From Macrostomum lignano (Eukaryota): 64,000 nucleotides of DNA. Each line of letters opens with the position of its first letter. Positions within the stretch are counted from its first letter, which is position 1. The stretch lies in assembly GCA_002269645.1 (NCBI GenBank), contig NIVC01000119.1, forward strand, positions 111,323 through 175,322, read 5' to 3'. This document shows positions 52,261-64,000 of the stretch, in pieces. The notes under the pieces are model-generated. The model made no database searches. It saw only the letters and a list, made by a program, of their open reading frames with translations, and was not told where the DNA came from. The position numbers and the translations under genes were made by a program.

Positions 52261-52804
52261 CTGAAATTGAGGTAAGAACGAATTCTTGCCAGACGGATTC
52301 TAAGGTCAGAGTCCGATTTGAGTAGAAAGTGCCTTAGCACTATTCCTTCAAACGCTTGGATACTTTTTCCCAATTAATTTATCATACGAGGATGGGGAGA
52401 TAAAATAGAATAGAATCCGATTCAATCCACGCAGAGTTTAAGTTCCAGTCTAATAAAAGAGAAGAAGCACTCCAGCCTCTTTTGCCCGATGCGGGAAGCA
52501 ATGGAAAAAATCGAATGGAATAGACGCGAATAAGGAAAGGCCTCTAAGCCACTCTGAGCTGGACAGAGCCTGCGGGATCTGCTACGTCTAAGTCTGCTAA
52601 GAAGGCGTCTGATGATAAAAAATGAATGTTCCCTTCTGCAATCCATCAGTTTGCCGCCTCTCCCCGACATCCGTTTTCAACCTTTCTCTCAATCAGTCTC
52701 CTCCCGCCGAGAGCGGGACGAGAGGAAATATTTCAGAAAGCCTGACCTGTCTAAACTTCGGGCTTAGGCGAGGGAGAGAAGCAAAGCCAGAGGAAAATAC
52801 TCAC

Positions 52805-53277
52805 CGGAAATCTGGATGCGGCTTGGTCAGCTTCTCAAGCTCCTTTTCTAATTCGCGCAGCCATTTAACCAACAGGTGGCAGTTCTGCAGCATCAGCCAG
52901 TGGCCTCGCGATATGGCCGTCTCTAACAGCGCCATGGCCGCCTTCTCCTGGCCCTGGCCGAGGCTGAGGAACTTCAGCCGGTTCAACCCGAAGCCGGATC
53001 GTTCGGCCAGCTTAGTGAGATCGTTGGCTGGCTCCGTGCCCGGGCTGAGGATGAACACGATCGGCGAGATTGGCGAGCTCTGGTCGAAGATGGCCTCGAA
53101 GGAGATGATCGGCGGCGTGACGTACTTCTCGCCCATGGCGTTGGTCACGTAGATCTCGATGGCGCGATAGACGCGGTCGACTCGGAAGCAGCGCAGTATC
53201 ATTAGCTTGTAGAAGTCGCTGTAGTCTTTATACTTCAACGGGTATTGCGCCGCCTCGGGTGATTCGCCGTCGTACCA
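52805..53277 (-). CDS. DNAH10: DNAH10 exon (AAA6 start)
   Basis: TTTTCAG acceptor, GTGAGT donor; WYDGESPE..SLGQGQ..GHWLMLQNCHL. Confidence 0.93.
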
Positions 53278-53595
53278 CTGAAAATTGTTTTATTTTCTAT
53301 TCGTACAGATCGTTCGGTAATGTCAGCCCGAAAATGTGTTAATCATCCCGGAGTCTGGACCGTTAGCATTGATGGAGTAGTAGGTCTTTCCAACTTTGGA
53401 CTGCGCAAACTCATCCCTCATCTGCTATTCTCTGCTTAGTTTTTAGGGGATTATCGAAACCGGGAGAAGAGGTTGGAGTTCTCTTAACTCGGAGTCCGTA
53501 AAGTTCGCTGGATACCCTCTGGGCGAGCGTGGGTGGAAAACATGGAAATAGCAAGAGAAAAACAGCCCAAGTTTTCAGCTAGCTTAACTACTCAC

Positions 53596-56076
53596 GTGCT
53601 TCCAGTCCCGATCGTGCTGCTCAATGTCGTCCAAAATTTCGCCGAACTGCTCCGGGAATCGTTGCGCCAAGGCCACGACATCCTGCCAGCCCTCCTCCGG
53701 CATCCACTTGTTTGGTTTCTTCCGCTCCGCCTTTTCCAACGCGATGTTGCCCTTGATGAAGAACTCTAGCTCGGTCTGCTTAAGTCTTTCCCTATCCAGT
53801 TCGAGTTTGACCGTGATTTGGAACGAGTACATAAGCTTGTGCTTCTCGAATATGCCGGTGCAACCGTAGTTATAAATATTGTGCGTCAGAGTGTCCATGA
53901 TGTTAGACAGGCGCTTTTGCAGAACAGCATCTGGCAGGCTTTTGCGCAACGAGAACTGGAAAACCTCTAAATAGGCAGCCAGCGAGTACTGGTACATGGT
54001 GCTGATGGTGCTGAGGTCGGCCAAGACAAAGAATAGAATGGCGCCGCGTTTTGCCGCTGGTCGGTAGCCATCTCGAAGCTTGTCGATGTCGCTAGCCGTC
54101 TTGGCTCCGAGCTTCAGCTTTTCAGACACTTCAGAAGCCTTTGTCTTGGTGTTCTCGAGGGTGTCAACCAGCTCAACATTGTCCAGCATGTTGCCAGTAG
54201 AGGTGGCCAGCTCTCGGAGCAACGAGTCCTCGAGGTCCTTCAGCAGCTTCTTGTTTTCAGAAGTCTCCTGAATGAGACGCTCTCGTTGCTCTTCAAGTTC
54301 GCGTCGTTCGAATTTAACAATAACACTTAGCAGCTGGTCCTCTAGACCACGCAGGGTCACGGAGTAGTTAATGACCATGGACTTGCCGAAGACATTGGGA
54401 CCGTAGCGCGGGTTGGCCAGCTTTGTGTTCAAGTACAGGCGGAAGTTTGGATCATAGTCGACTTCCTTGTCGCCGAGCATGACAAATTCTCGACCCTGAT
54501 CGCCCTTGATGTTCTTTTCAAGCACATTGTCAATCACAGGGTCAATGTACTCATCCACGTCCTGGAAGAGGAACGGGAAGCCAAACTTGATTGCCAGTTC
54601 GAGCTGCTTAAGGAAATCAGAATCGTTGAACGTGCAGATCTTCAGATTGTTCTTTTCTTCTTTCTTTTTGATCCAGTTTAGCGCTTGTTGCTGAGGATCA
54701 ATGCACATTGGGAAACGGGAGGCATTGGTAGTCAGGATTCCGTTCTGGATGGACAGCTCGTCGGGGGGCAAGCCCTCTGAAGTCCATTTGGAAATTTCTA
54801 CATCATTGGTTAGAATGGTTTCCAAGCGATAGGGCAAACTGATTGGAATCTCTTTTTCCTGGATGTCACCCAGCCAGTCTTCGTAGACCATCTTCTTTCT
54901 GAACTCAGACGAAAATGCTCCGACATAGCAGAGGAACGCAGACGACAAGAGGCAATCACCGGTTAGACGAATCCTTTGGTCTTTCAAGTCAGCAAGGTCG
55001 TTGGTCCACCGGACGTTCTCGGAGCTGAGACCGCTGATCAGCTTGTCCGCAGCCACCAGCCGGCGCTCCATAATGTCCGTCTCCTCCTGCAGCTTCATCC
55101 TCTCAGCCATGGCCTCCTCGTAACGAGCGTTCAGACTCTTCAGCTCCTCCTCAAGACGAGCGAGATCCTTCTGCGTCTTGTCCAAATCTCTCTTGGTCAT
55201 GTTGAACGTTTTCTCTAGACGGGCCACTTTGTCTCGCTTAGGCTTAATCTCGCGGGCAACGTCGCAGTAGCCGAGTACAGCGATGACAAACTTCAACAGA
55301 CCGTAGCCGGCCTTCGACACGGCCTTCATCTCATCCAGAGTGATCTTTCGCTTGTCTAGATACTCGCGCACAGTGCCACTCTGCTTGCCAGTGATGCTGT
55401 CGACATCCATGTTCCGCAGCGAGGTCAAGAAATTAGTATCGGACATCATGCCTTTAGCTGACTTCCAAGAGACTTCCTTGATGCCTTTCAGCACCACAAT
55501 GCACTCGCTGACAGTCTGCACCGCTGGCGGCGGTTTGGCGAAGGAGCGAATCTCAGTGACATCGTTCTTGTCAAGATCGTCAAGAGCCAGACGCGCCTGT
55601 TCCAGCGCCGGCAGCGCCTCAGCCAGAGCTTCTTCTGCTTCCTTCTTCTCTTTGCCAATCTCCTTCGACTGAATCTCGATTTCCTTCTCCTTCTCCTTGG
55701 CCGTCTCCTTCTTCTCGTTGGCCGACGCGGTGCTGGTTTTGATCTCCTCTAGCAGAGTCTCGCAGGCCTTCGTCTTCTCAGTGACGGCCACCTTTTGCAC
55801 AGCCAACTTGGCGTTCAGGTCCTCAAGTTGGACTGCCGCCTCAGCAAGTTTCTGCAGACCGCCCTGAAGACGCTCGCACTGGCCAAGAATGTACTTGTCC
55901 TTCTGCTCTAGCAGCTTCAAATAGGTGTTAATAAAGTCCAGATAGTGCTTCGGTGTCACATAGTTGTATCTGCGCAATGTTTGAAGGAATTCTTTGCTGT
56001 ACTCGCCCACGCTCTGGTGTACCATGACGAAATGGGCAACAATGCTGTCGCGATGACTCTCCTGTACCAACTGGTT
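53596..56076 (-). CDS. DNAH10: DNAH10 exon (AAA4 end, stalk/MTBD, AAA5)
   Basis: CCTTCAG acceptor, GTGAGT donor, 827 codons; NYVTPKHYL, coiled-coil stalk, [19 protein letters not shown]. Confidence 0.95.
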
Positions 56077-56390
56077 CTGAAGGGAGATTAAAAATGATGA
56101 ATTATACCATGGACGAGTACCGATAAAATTAAATTGGATATTTCGCCAATCATTCCCGCTGTATCGATGGATTGTGTTGATACCCAATGAGAGATCATTT
56201 TTCAAGCAGTTGTTTATCAGATTTTATACTTTTCATCAATTTTTGGATGATACAAAAATGGGGGCGTTTCAATTTGATACAGATCTATCCTACATGATAA
56301 AAATCTTAGAAATATATATATGAAGAAATAACCTTTGTTGGAAATGTCTTTTAGAATTGTTTTGATATTTTTTCTTAACCAAAAACTCAC

Positions 56391-57041
56391 GTCCGGAGAG
56401 ATGAACACGGAAGCCACCGCGTAGAGAGCCTGCTCTGGCCAGGGGAAGAACCAGTCGATGGTGGTGTTGTTCACCACGCCGGGGAAGTTTCTACACCTAG
56501 TGCGCAGAGTCTCGCCAACCGGGCTCATCGCCAGCACGATGTGCAGATTGCTGGCGCACTTGTTAACGAAGAACTGCCAGACGGCCTCGCGGGCGGGCGC
56601 TACACCGGCGCTCTGGGCCTCCGCTCGAATCTGGCTGAGGATGCCTTCCTTCTCGTCGTCGCCAAATAAGGCTGGCACAATGCCAGACGTCAGCATGTTG
56701 TTGATCAGCTCTAGAAAGCCTTCCTCAGCGACGTGCTGATCGCCGAACAGGAACACCATCTTGCGATTCTCGATGCCCAGCTTGTTGTAGAGAGTCTTGA
56801 GATTCTCGCGGAAGTCTTTCTCGCTGTAGCCACGGCTCAGCGTGATCTCGAAGATCTCGCAGCCGGCCGTGAAGGCTGCCAATCGGGTGAGCGACTGTTT
56901 GCCGGACCCGCCGACACCAACGAGCAGGGCGTGGCCCTTGTCCATGCGAATGACGCGGTGGATTCTGGTCAGATGCTCCAGCGCGTCATCGAACAGGACT
57001 AGCGGCATCACGGTGTTGCTCTCGTTGTATTCTTCCAGGAT
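56391..57041 (-). CDS. DNAH10: DNAH10 exon (AAA4, P-loop GVGGSGKQ)
   Basis: CATCCCAG acceptor, GTGAGT donor, 217 codons. Confidence 0.95.
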
Positions 57042-58500
57042 CTGGGATGAAAACAAAGATATTCTATTTGTAAACTCTTCGATTGCCTTAATTTACTTGG
57101 CCTCTATACATGCTTAGCAACACAAGTGATGAACGAGTTTTTTAGATAAGTGAGAAATCATGCAAAATTACGAGAATGCCAGTGTGGAATCTGTGATACA
57201 TCGATTTCTTCCCACGAAATTATTCCGGCCATGAGGCTCAGCTGCAGCAGACTGAAGATTACAGCTTTTTTGCAGCTAAGCAATGCTACATTTTTCCCTA
57301 AAGAGTAGGTGTGAAAATGGCGTCCCGAACAAGTGCAGACCTAAGCAGCAATGCAAGAGGAGCATCGGTTCAGCTGGATTCTGAGACGGGAAGGTCAATT
57401 TTTTGGCATTTCTGTGCCACAGTTCTCCATCTGCAGGCGATGCCTGCTCGTCCTCCCAGATAGCATCAATAATTAACTGGCAGTATCATATAGGCAGCTT
57501 AGCCAGCAGTCACTCGAGTGCAATGTCTTCAACTCGTCTGGAGTTATATGGTCAATTAAATTGACTTGACGTAAGCCATCTGAGTCGATCCCTACATTCG
57601 GGATCGCGCTAAAATTCTACGGATAATTTCTGATCAATAAGCCAACATGAAAGACCATCTAAAAATATACTTACACTTGTTGATTGATTATTGCATTAGG
57701 TAGAAATTTAAACAAAAATACATAATATACGAAGGACTAATATTTAATCCTCAAATCCAAGGTTTGGTTCCCAAATTGGACCTAATTGGTTTAGACTTTC
57801 TAAGTGACAAAAAGGCAAATCATGCTTTGTTTAAACTCATGCAATATGAAGTTTTGAAGGCTGAGCTAACTGCGCCCATCGATATACCGAATCGCTGAGG
57901 TTCAACGACTGCAGAATCAACGTTTGCAACGGATTCAAATTTGAAGTCTTCTGGATTCGTTGCGAAGTTTTCGGCGTGACGACCGGGCGCGATTTGAAAG
58001 TCGGATTTGCGGCCTGGTCCACATCCGCTATGGGATTTTGATGCCGCTCCCGCTCTGTCATTCTCTAAATAGATTATTTTTTCGAATAATGGATTCTTGG
58101 ATTTCATTTGGCAAATATGGCCTTGCATCCAAAAGAAATCCCCTTGCATTAAACGGGACGTTGTCGAACATGACGAGAATTTCTGGAAAGAATTAGACCG
58201 ACAGAGTCGACTTTTCAAAGACAAAAGTTCTTTTTAAGGAAGACATTGTAAAAATAACCTTTCGTCGCAACTGTCCTTCAGAACTTTCGGCCTTTAAAAA
58301 AACAGAAACAGTCTTTTTGATGAGCGTTCAGTGAATCTTTATGCAACAATGATTGTTGCTGCCTGTAGCAGTAATTAACCTAAACCCTGTCTGCGATTAA
58401 CGGATGGTGCAAAAAATTCTGCTTATTTGTTCCATTTGCAAAACCTGGGGCTAGCATTGGTAAAGTTTGGAAGCAGTGCAATCTAAGCCGATTAGCGTAC

Positions 58501-58665
58501 CTCCTGGAACAGCGCTTTCGCAGCCTCATAGTCCTGGATGTCCTCGTACAGTCGCGGCTCGGCTTCGTCCAGAGCTGTGCGATAGTCGCCAAACAGGATC
58601 GGACTGCGCATCACGTACTCAACATGGTCCTTGAAGTTCTCCTCCAGTGTGGCCTTCACTAAAGC
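58501..58665 (-). CDS. DNAH10: DNAH10 exon
   Basis: GCTCCAG acceptor, GTACGC donor, 55 codons; PILFGDY..RLYEDIQDY. Confidence 0.93.
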
Positions 58666-58772
58666 CTGGAGCAAATAAATATTGAAAGGAAATAAATTTA
58701 CTTAGTTCAAACTGAACTACTGAAAGTAGAAATGGTAGGATTGTATTAGATCAAAAGACAAAAAACGCTTAC

Positions 58773-61700
58773 ATTGACGCCGTCCTTGTCTTCTGTGCTG
58801 ATCAGACGGTCGTTAATAACGCGACAGCACTCGTTGCGCCACACGCGCAGCATGTGATCCCGCTTGGTGAAGCGCTCAACCGTGGTAAGACAGAGTCCAC
58901 TGAAAATTCTACTTAGATCGCGCAAGTTGAAAATGTAATGAAACTTCGAGGGCGTGGGTGGCAGCTGAATAATGATCTGGTTGTAGAGGCTCATTGTCAT
59001 GTTTACAATGTTTGGCACCATTTCGCGAATTTCGTCGGAGAACTGCGCGGTGTGTCCAGCCAAGATGGAGTTGTAGATGCTGAACAGCGACTCCTCGGCT
59101 GGGAAAGTCACGTTAAACACGGTGAACAGCGAGATGAAGCGCGGATCGACGTCGTTGCGACCGCCGCCGGGCTTGCCCATGGCCGCCGTGAAGCCAATGT
59201 CCTGCATCTTGCGCCAGTTTAGATCCTTCCCACGATCATAAACGCCCTTCTTTTCAATGAGCAGCTTGAGCAGAGCAATCGGCTGCTGAGTACCGTAGGT
59301 GTCCACCTGTGGCATGTTCATGTCGTCGATGAACACAAGCAGGCGCTTGCCAACTGGGGGGCCGTACGTGTCCTTTGTCCGCTTCTCGACGTTGGCCTCC
59401 AGGTTGCGCTGAACATCGAGGCTGCTGGTTCGTGACGAAAAGTTTGTCATCAGAAGAAGGTATTTCTCACCGTCCAGTTGTCGAAGGAAGTTCTGTGACA
59501 CGGAGGTCTTGGAGGTGCCAGTCTCGCCAACAAGCAGCACCGGATGTTGTACGCCAACCATTTGCTCCAGCAGCCAAGTTGTACGCACCGTATCGATGGT
59601 TGGCACCAAGATGTCATTGAACTTCATGCCCGGCTGATGGACATACTTGGGCACCAGCTCTTTCCAGGGAATCCACTCTTCTTTGTCACCGTCGAAAAAG
59701 TACTCGAACAGAGTTGGCTCCAGCTGCGGCATCTCGCCAGCCCGAGCATGATTCCTTTCTTCGTCAGCAGGGGATGACATCGAGCAGATGTACTTGACGT
59801 ACTGGTCCAGCTTGACGCGACCTTCCTCAACGAGGGCACCGCCAAGGCCCCAGTAGAGAGCTTGCAGGAAGAAGGCCTCGATAACATCGTTTTTGTCGGT
59901 TTCCTTCACCAACAGAGCGTCTAGCATGTAGCAAAGCTGAATGACAATGTTCAAGTTAGTCAGGGGGATGATCATTTTCAGTTTTTCACCCTGCTTTCCG
60001 TCTACAATACCCTCGATGATCATCTCCACAACTGCCGGCACGTATTTCTTGTACATTTCAGCCAAGACTTCTCGCTCGTGCTTGTTCTCGCGGCCGTTCA
60101 GCCACTTCTCCCAGAAGGGCTCGTAGCCAAGGTTCTTGGGATCGACAAACACCATACCGCAGCGAGATACAGTGGCGGGCGAGGCGTACTGGAGGTCGCC
60201 AACTTCGAAAAGCAGCGCACAGTGAGCCTGCAGCCGAATACGCTCACCGTTGGCCAGTGTCAACAGCTTGTTGTCGTCCATGACGGAGTTCATGTTCTCT
60301 ACCCAGAGAGCATCAACGTCTCCATCAAACAGGATGTAGCGGCGCTCATTCTTGTCAGTTGGTTTGTTGATTTCACGGAAGATGTTCGACAGAAGACCGT
60401 CCGTCCAGTCGCGCGTGGTCGGATCAAGGACACCATAGAGCTCAACAACGCTGCGATCCTTCGGATTCATCGTGTGAATCTTGGTTGTGAGTCCGAGGCT
60501 GGTCTGTGCGTCAGCCAGGGCGCGGATGACCACACTTTTGCCGCCTCCAGTAGGGCCGACAATCATAGTAGTGTGGCGCGTCTTCATTGTTTCGTACAAC
60601 TGCACCACTTTGTCAGCCTGCTGTTCTAGCGGCACATAGTCCAGTGCCGCAAGTGCACGCTCCACGGCGTCGTTGAAGTCAGGATAGCGGACCCGTGGGC
60701 AGTCCAGGCCTGGGAAGAGATCCTGAATGAGACCCAAGAATAGAGGCACATCCTCAAACACAAACTTAGGCAAGTTCATGTCACGCAGAGCTCGCATCAG
60801 TACTTTGTCCTCTGAGAGATCTGGCGAACCTCTCCTGAGGTCGCCGGCCATTACTAGCACAGACTTCAGCGCTCGCAAGCCAAAGTCGTAGTGGTGCTGC
60901 TTAGACAGCTGCTCACGGGCCAGCTTGTACAGTGTAGTCATCTTCTTAGCCAGCACTTTGGCCGTGCGGAAGCCCTGGGAGAAGAGCATGATCTCACAGA
61001 TCTGTTGCAGATCTGGAACAATAACCACCACTGGACGGAACAGTGCCTTGACCGATTCGGGCAGCTCAGTACGACCGGCATATCCAGGGTTCATGGTGAT
61101 AAACACGCCGACTCGACTGTCCATCTTGATCTCCTGGCCCTCGAACTGGAACCTATTGGTCTTCAAGATTAGCGCGCTCTGGATTGTCTTGAGCTGCGTC
61201 GAAATGACAGACAGCACAGAAACTTCGATTCGGTTAAACTCGTCGAAGCAGCCCCAGGCACCGCATTGACACAGACCGGAAAGGATTTTACCAACGGCTT
61301 TGTAGTCCATACCCTCGCCGCAGTTTGTCACGACGCACAACAGACCGAGAGCCTTGGCTAGATCTTTGGTGGTCTCGGTTTTTCCTGTACCGGCTGGTCC
61401 GGCCGGGGCGCCTCCGAGCTGCATGCTGAGCGCCTGCGTCAGCGTCAGGTAGATTCGATCGGTCAGAGGCGTGATGACTAGACGTCCGTTCAGACCCATG
61501 TACTCATAGCCATAGCCAAACTCTCCTGTGCACTGCCGCACCATCAGTTCGTCAGGCTCCTTGACCCAGTAAAATCGCAGCTGAGACTCCCATTCGAACT
61601 CGCGCGCGTCCATAATGCTGTCGCGTACGAATGAGTCGATAATGTCCCTGGCGTGAACGTCGATAATTAGCACGGTGGTCATCTTTGCGCGGTCGTTCTT

Positions 61701-64000
61701 TGACAAGGGCGATCGGACTTGAACCACAATCTCGTCAATCTGGCCATGCAGTTTCTTTGCGTAGTCCTTCAGTGCCGTCTTGCCTCCCTTGCGAATCTTC
61801 TGGAAGACGTCCTCAACTTCCCAGGTCCACCAGATTTGGTTGCCAGCAAGCACCACCATTCCCTGGTAGTCAAACATCCACTGGGTACGTGATTTCTTGT
61901 GTCTGTAATAGAACACAGCTTCCTTGGTGATGAGGCGGTTCGTCTTACGCATCTCTTCCTCAACGTTGGTCATCCAGTCCTCAACTCGGCCGTCGGCAGC
62001 TCGACTCTGTCGGAAGTCCATCATCTCTCCTTCGCTGGAGACCATACCAGCAGCGAACTTGTCCTTATTGTTCACAGTTACAAATTTTAGACTGGCGACG
62101 TTGTCGAACATCTTGATCATGTGCTCCTGAACGCACTCTGGGTCGCTAGAGCCAAGGATACTAAGCAATTCGTCGTCTGAGATGAAGAAGAAGCGCGGGA
62201 AAGCGTTTCGCTTGGAGTCGAGGTAGTCGTTTAGAGACTTTTGGCACTTCTCCAATCCAGTCGAGAGATTCTCCAAGTCTGAGAGACGGTTGGTGGCATG
62301 GCAAGCCATCTTGATATTCGGGTTCTTAGACGTCTCATTCATGATCTTTTTGAAGGTCTTATCAATCTGATCAAACTTTTTGGCCTCCTCTGGCAGTTGA
62401 GAGCGAATATCGCCACCAATGAAGATGCCCTCGAGGTACATCCACTTTCTCTGCACTACCATCCAGACATCCAGCACTTCGCTAATGTGACTGAGTGACT
62501 TCTCCCAATTCTGCACCGCCTGGAAGAATGGTCCGATGAACCGAGACGCGCTCATAGATTGCAGGTTCATGGCGTTATCATCCAGAGTTTGAACGACTTC
62601 TTCCACGGAACCGAGAATGAAGCCGCGATTAGAAGTGCCTTTCATGTAGGCTTGTACGGTGAATTTAAGGTTGCTCCAAGTTTCTTCAACCTCTCTGACG
62701 CCCTTCTCGATGCTCAACTCTTTAGTTGCACAGGTTACAATTTCCGCAATGGTGTCTTGAAAACGATTCAGTTCCATAGAGAACACACTCGCCAGCGTAA
62801 ATGTCTCTGGATTGATGTCGAACTTTTGCCCTGTCTTTTCCATCAGCTCCTTCCAGTGGCGCTCGCGCAGTGCTTCGTGTTTCAGATCCATGAACAGCGG
62901 CAGTGACTCTTTGAATTCCTTCATCTTCTCATCGAGCGCCTTGCCGACGCTCATCTGTCGAATTTCACGTGGCTGCTTGCGGAGCTGCTTGGCAAACGAT
63001 TCAATACCGTCGCTTAGCACCTGAACATTGAGATCCTTCCACAGAGTCTCTGACCAGAGCTCTCGAGCCTTCTTCTGCTCCTCGTAGATTCCGTAGATGC
63101 TATCCATTCCCTTCATCTCCTTCTGCACCTGCAGCAGCTCTGGATACGGCGTGATGGGCAAATCAAATAGCTTCTCAGCTGCTCCAAGGCTGGCCTTCTG
63201 TTCCTCTACTTGAGCCAGCTCTTCTTTGTAAGCCTTCAAAAGCGCAAGGCCTTTGTCCAAGTCCTGGCCCACGGCCCCTGGGCCCTCGTTGCGGAATCGC
63301 TCAGCAAACTCCTGCAGAACGCGACCAAACTCGTGAATTGATTGGTTAGTGGTGGCGATGAACTTGCGCTTGTCCGAAACCAACCTAGCATCCGTGTCTT
63401 TGCTCTTAAATAACAGCTCCTCCCACTGGGAGCGTATGCGTAAATGCAAGTCCCAGTCCTCTTCTGGAATACTGATTTCATGCAGCTCAATCACACGGAA
63501 GCGCTCCTCAATGTCTAGCAATTGACGCTCAACATCCAGTGACATGTCCTGGATGTCTTTGATAGTTTGTAACACTTGCTTAAGTAGCTCCAGGCTCTCA
63601 GGCACAATCTCTAAATCTTTGGTCCGATTGTCGATCAGCTCCTTCAGCTGGTGAAGAGCCTGCTGAGAGGTCTCGGTCAACTTCGTGCCATAGATCTTAA
63701 CCCATTGCTGGAAGTGATCCGAGATGTTTTTGATAAGAGAGCCAAGACGCAATTGTACAAAACGAATGCCACGATCTGGTGGCTGCTTTTTCAGCTCCTC
63801 CCACCGGTTCTTCAGCTCCGTGATCGTGTCGTAATAGTCAATGAGCTTTGGCGACTTTGCCGACCATTTGTCCGCTTGGTTGGACTTGTTTGGCGTGAAA
63901 ATATTCTTGTACCTCTTCCAGCGGTCCTGGAATCGCTTCACCTGGCTCTCAACCTTGAAGTAGTGCTGGCTGATATCTGCCACCATCTTCTGAACTTCAC
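58773..64000 (-). CDS. DNAH10: Axonemal dynein heavy chain 10 (inner arm I1/f alpha), large exon, 5'-truncated by window (tail, linker, AAA1-AAA3)
   Basis: P-loops GPAGTGKT, GPTGGGKS, GETGTSKT; YGYEYMGLNGRLVITPLTDRIYLTLTQAL and LLCVVTNCGEGMDY match DNAH10 orthologues as recalled; GTAAGC donor. Confidence 0.95.

Noticed and set aside
57820-58224. 134-aa ORF in a DNAH10 intron as a nested gene
   Set aside because: Non-ATG start, no recognisable homology or clear splice structure; likely a TE relic

Overview
Eukaryotic (invertebrate bilaterian) genomic DNA with spliceosomal GT-AG introns, polyQ tracts and a heavy load of micro- and minisatellites. A free-living flatworm such as Macrostomum is plausible, but that is inference only. 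Five protein-coding genes can be reconstructed by hand. (1) A divergent, compact plakin-family gene on the minus strand (about 9.5 kb down to 2.2 kb), with a plakin spectrin/SH3 region and C-terminal plectin-type repeats; it carries at least one apparent 1-bp frameshift. (2) A complete 3-exon USP7/HAUSP on the minus strand (13656-18124+). (3) A 2-exon, unusually divergent RPL23/uL14 on the plus strand (30784-31859). (4) An intronless invertebrate D1-like dopamine receptor of the Dop1R2/INDR type on the minus strand (39152-40768). (5) The last 9 exons (about 3,500 codons) of an axonemal dynein heavy chain DNAH10 on the minus strand (42419 to beyond 64000). Non-coding highlights: a minimal type I hammerhead ribozyme motif (477-515), a hAT-type MITE with an 8-bp TSD, two tRNA-derived SINEs (one CORE-like), and two dispersed copies of a 28S rRNA R2-target-like motif. 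An AT-rich stretch of about 11 kb between USP7 and RPL23 contains repeat relics showing CpG and some CpA decay. Most long ORFs in the ORF track are translations of tandem repeats and are not genes.
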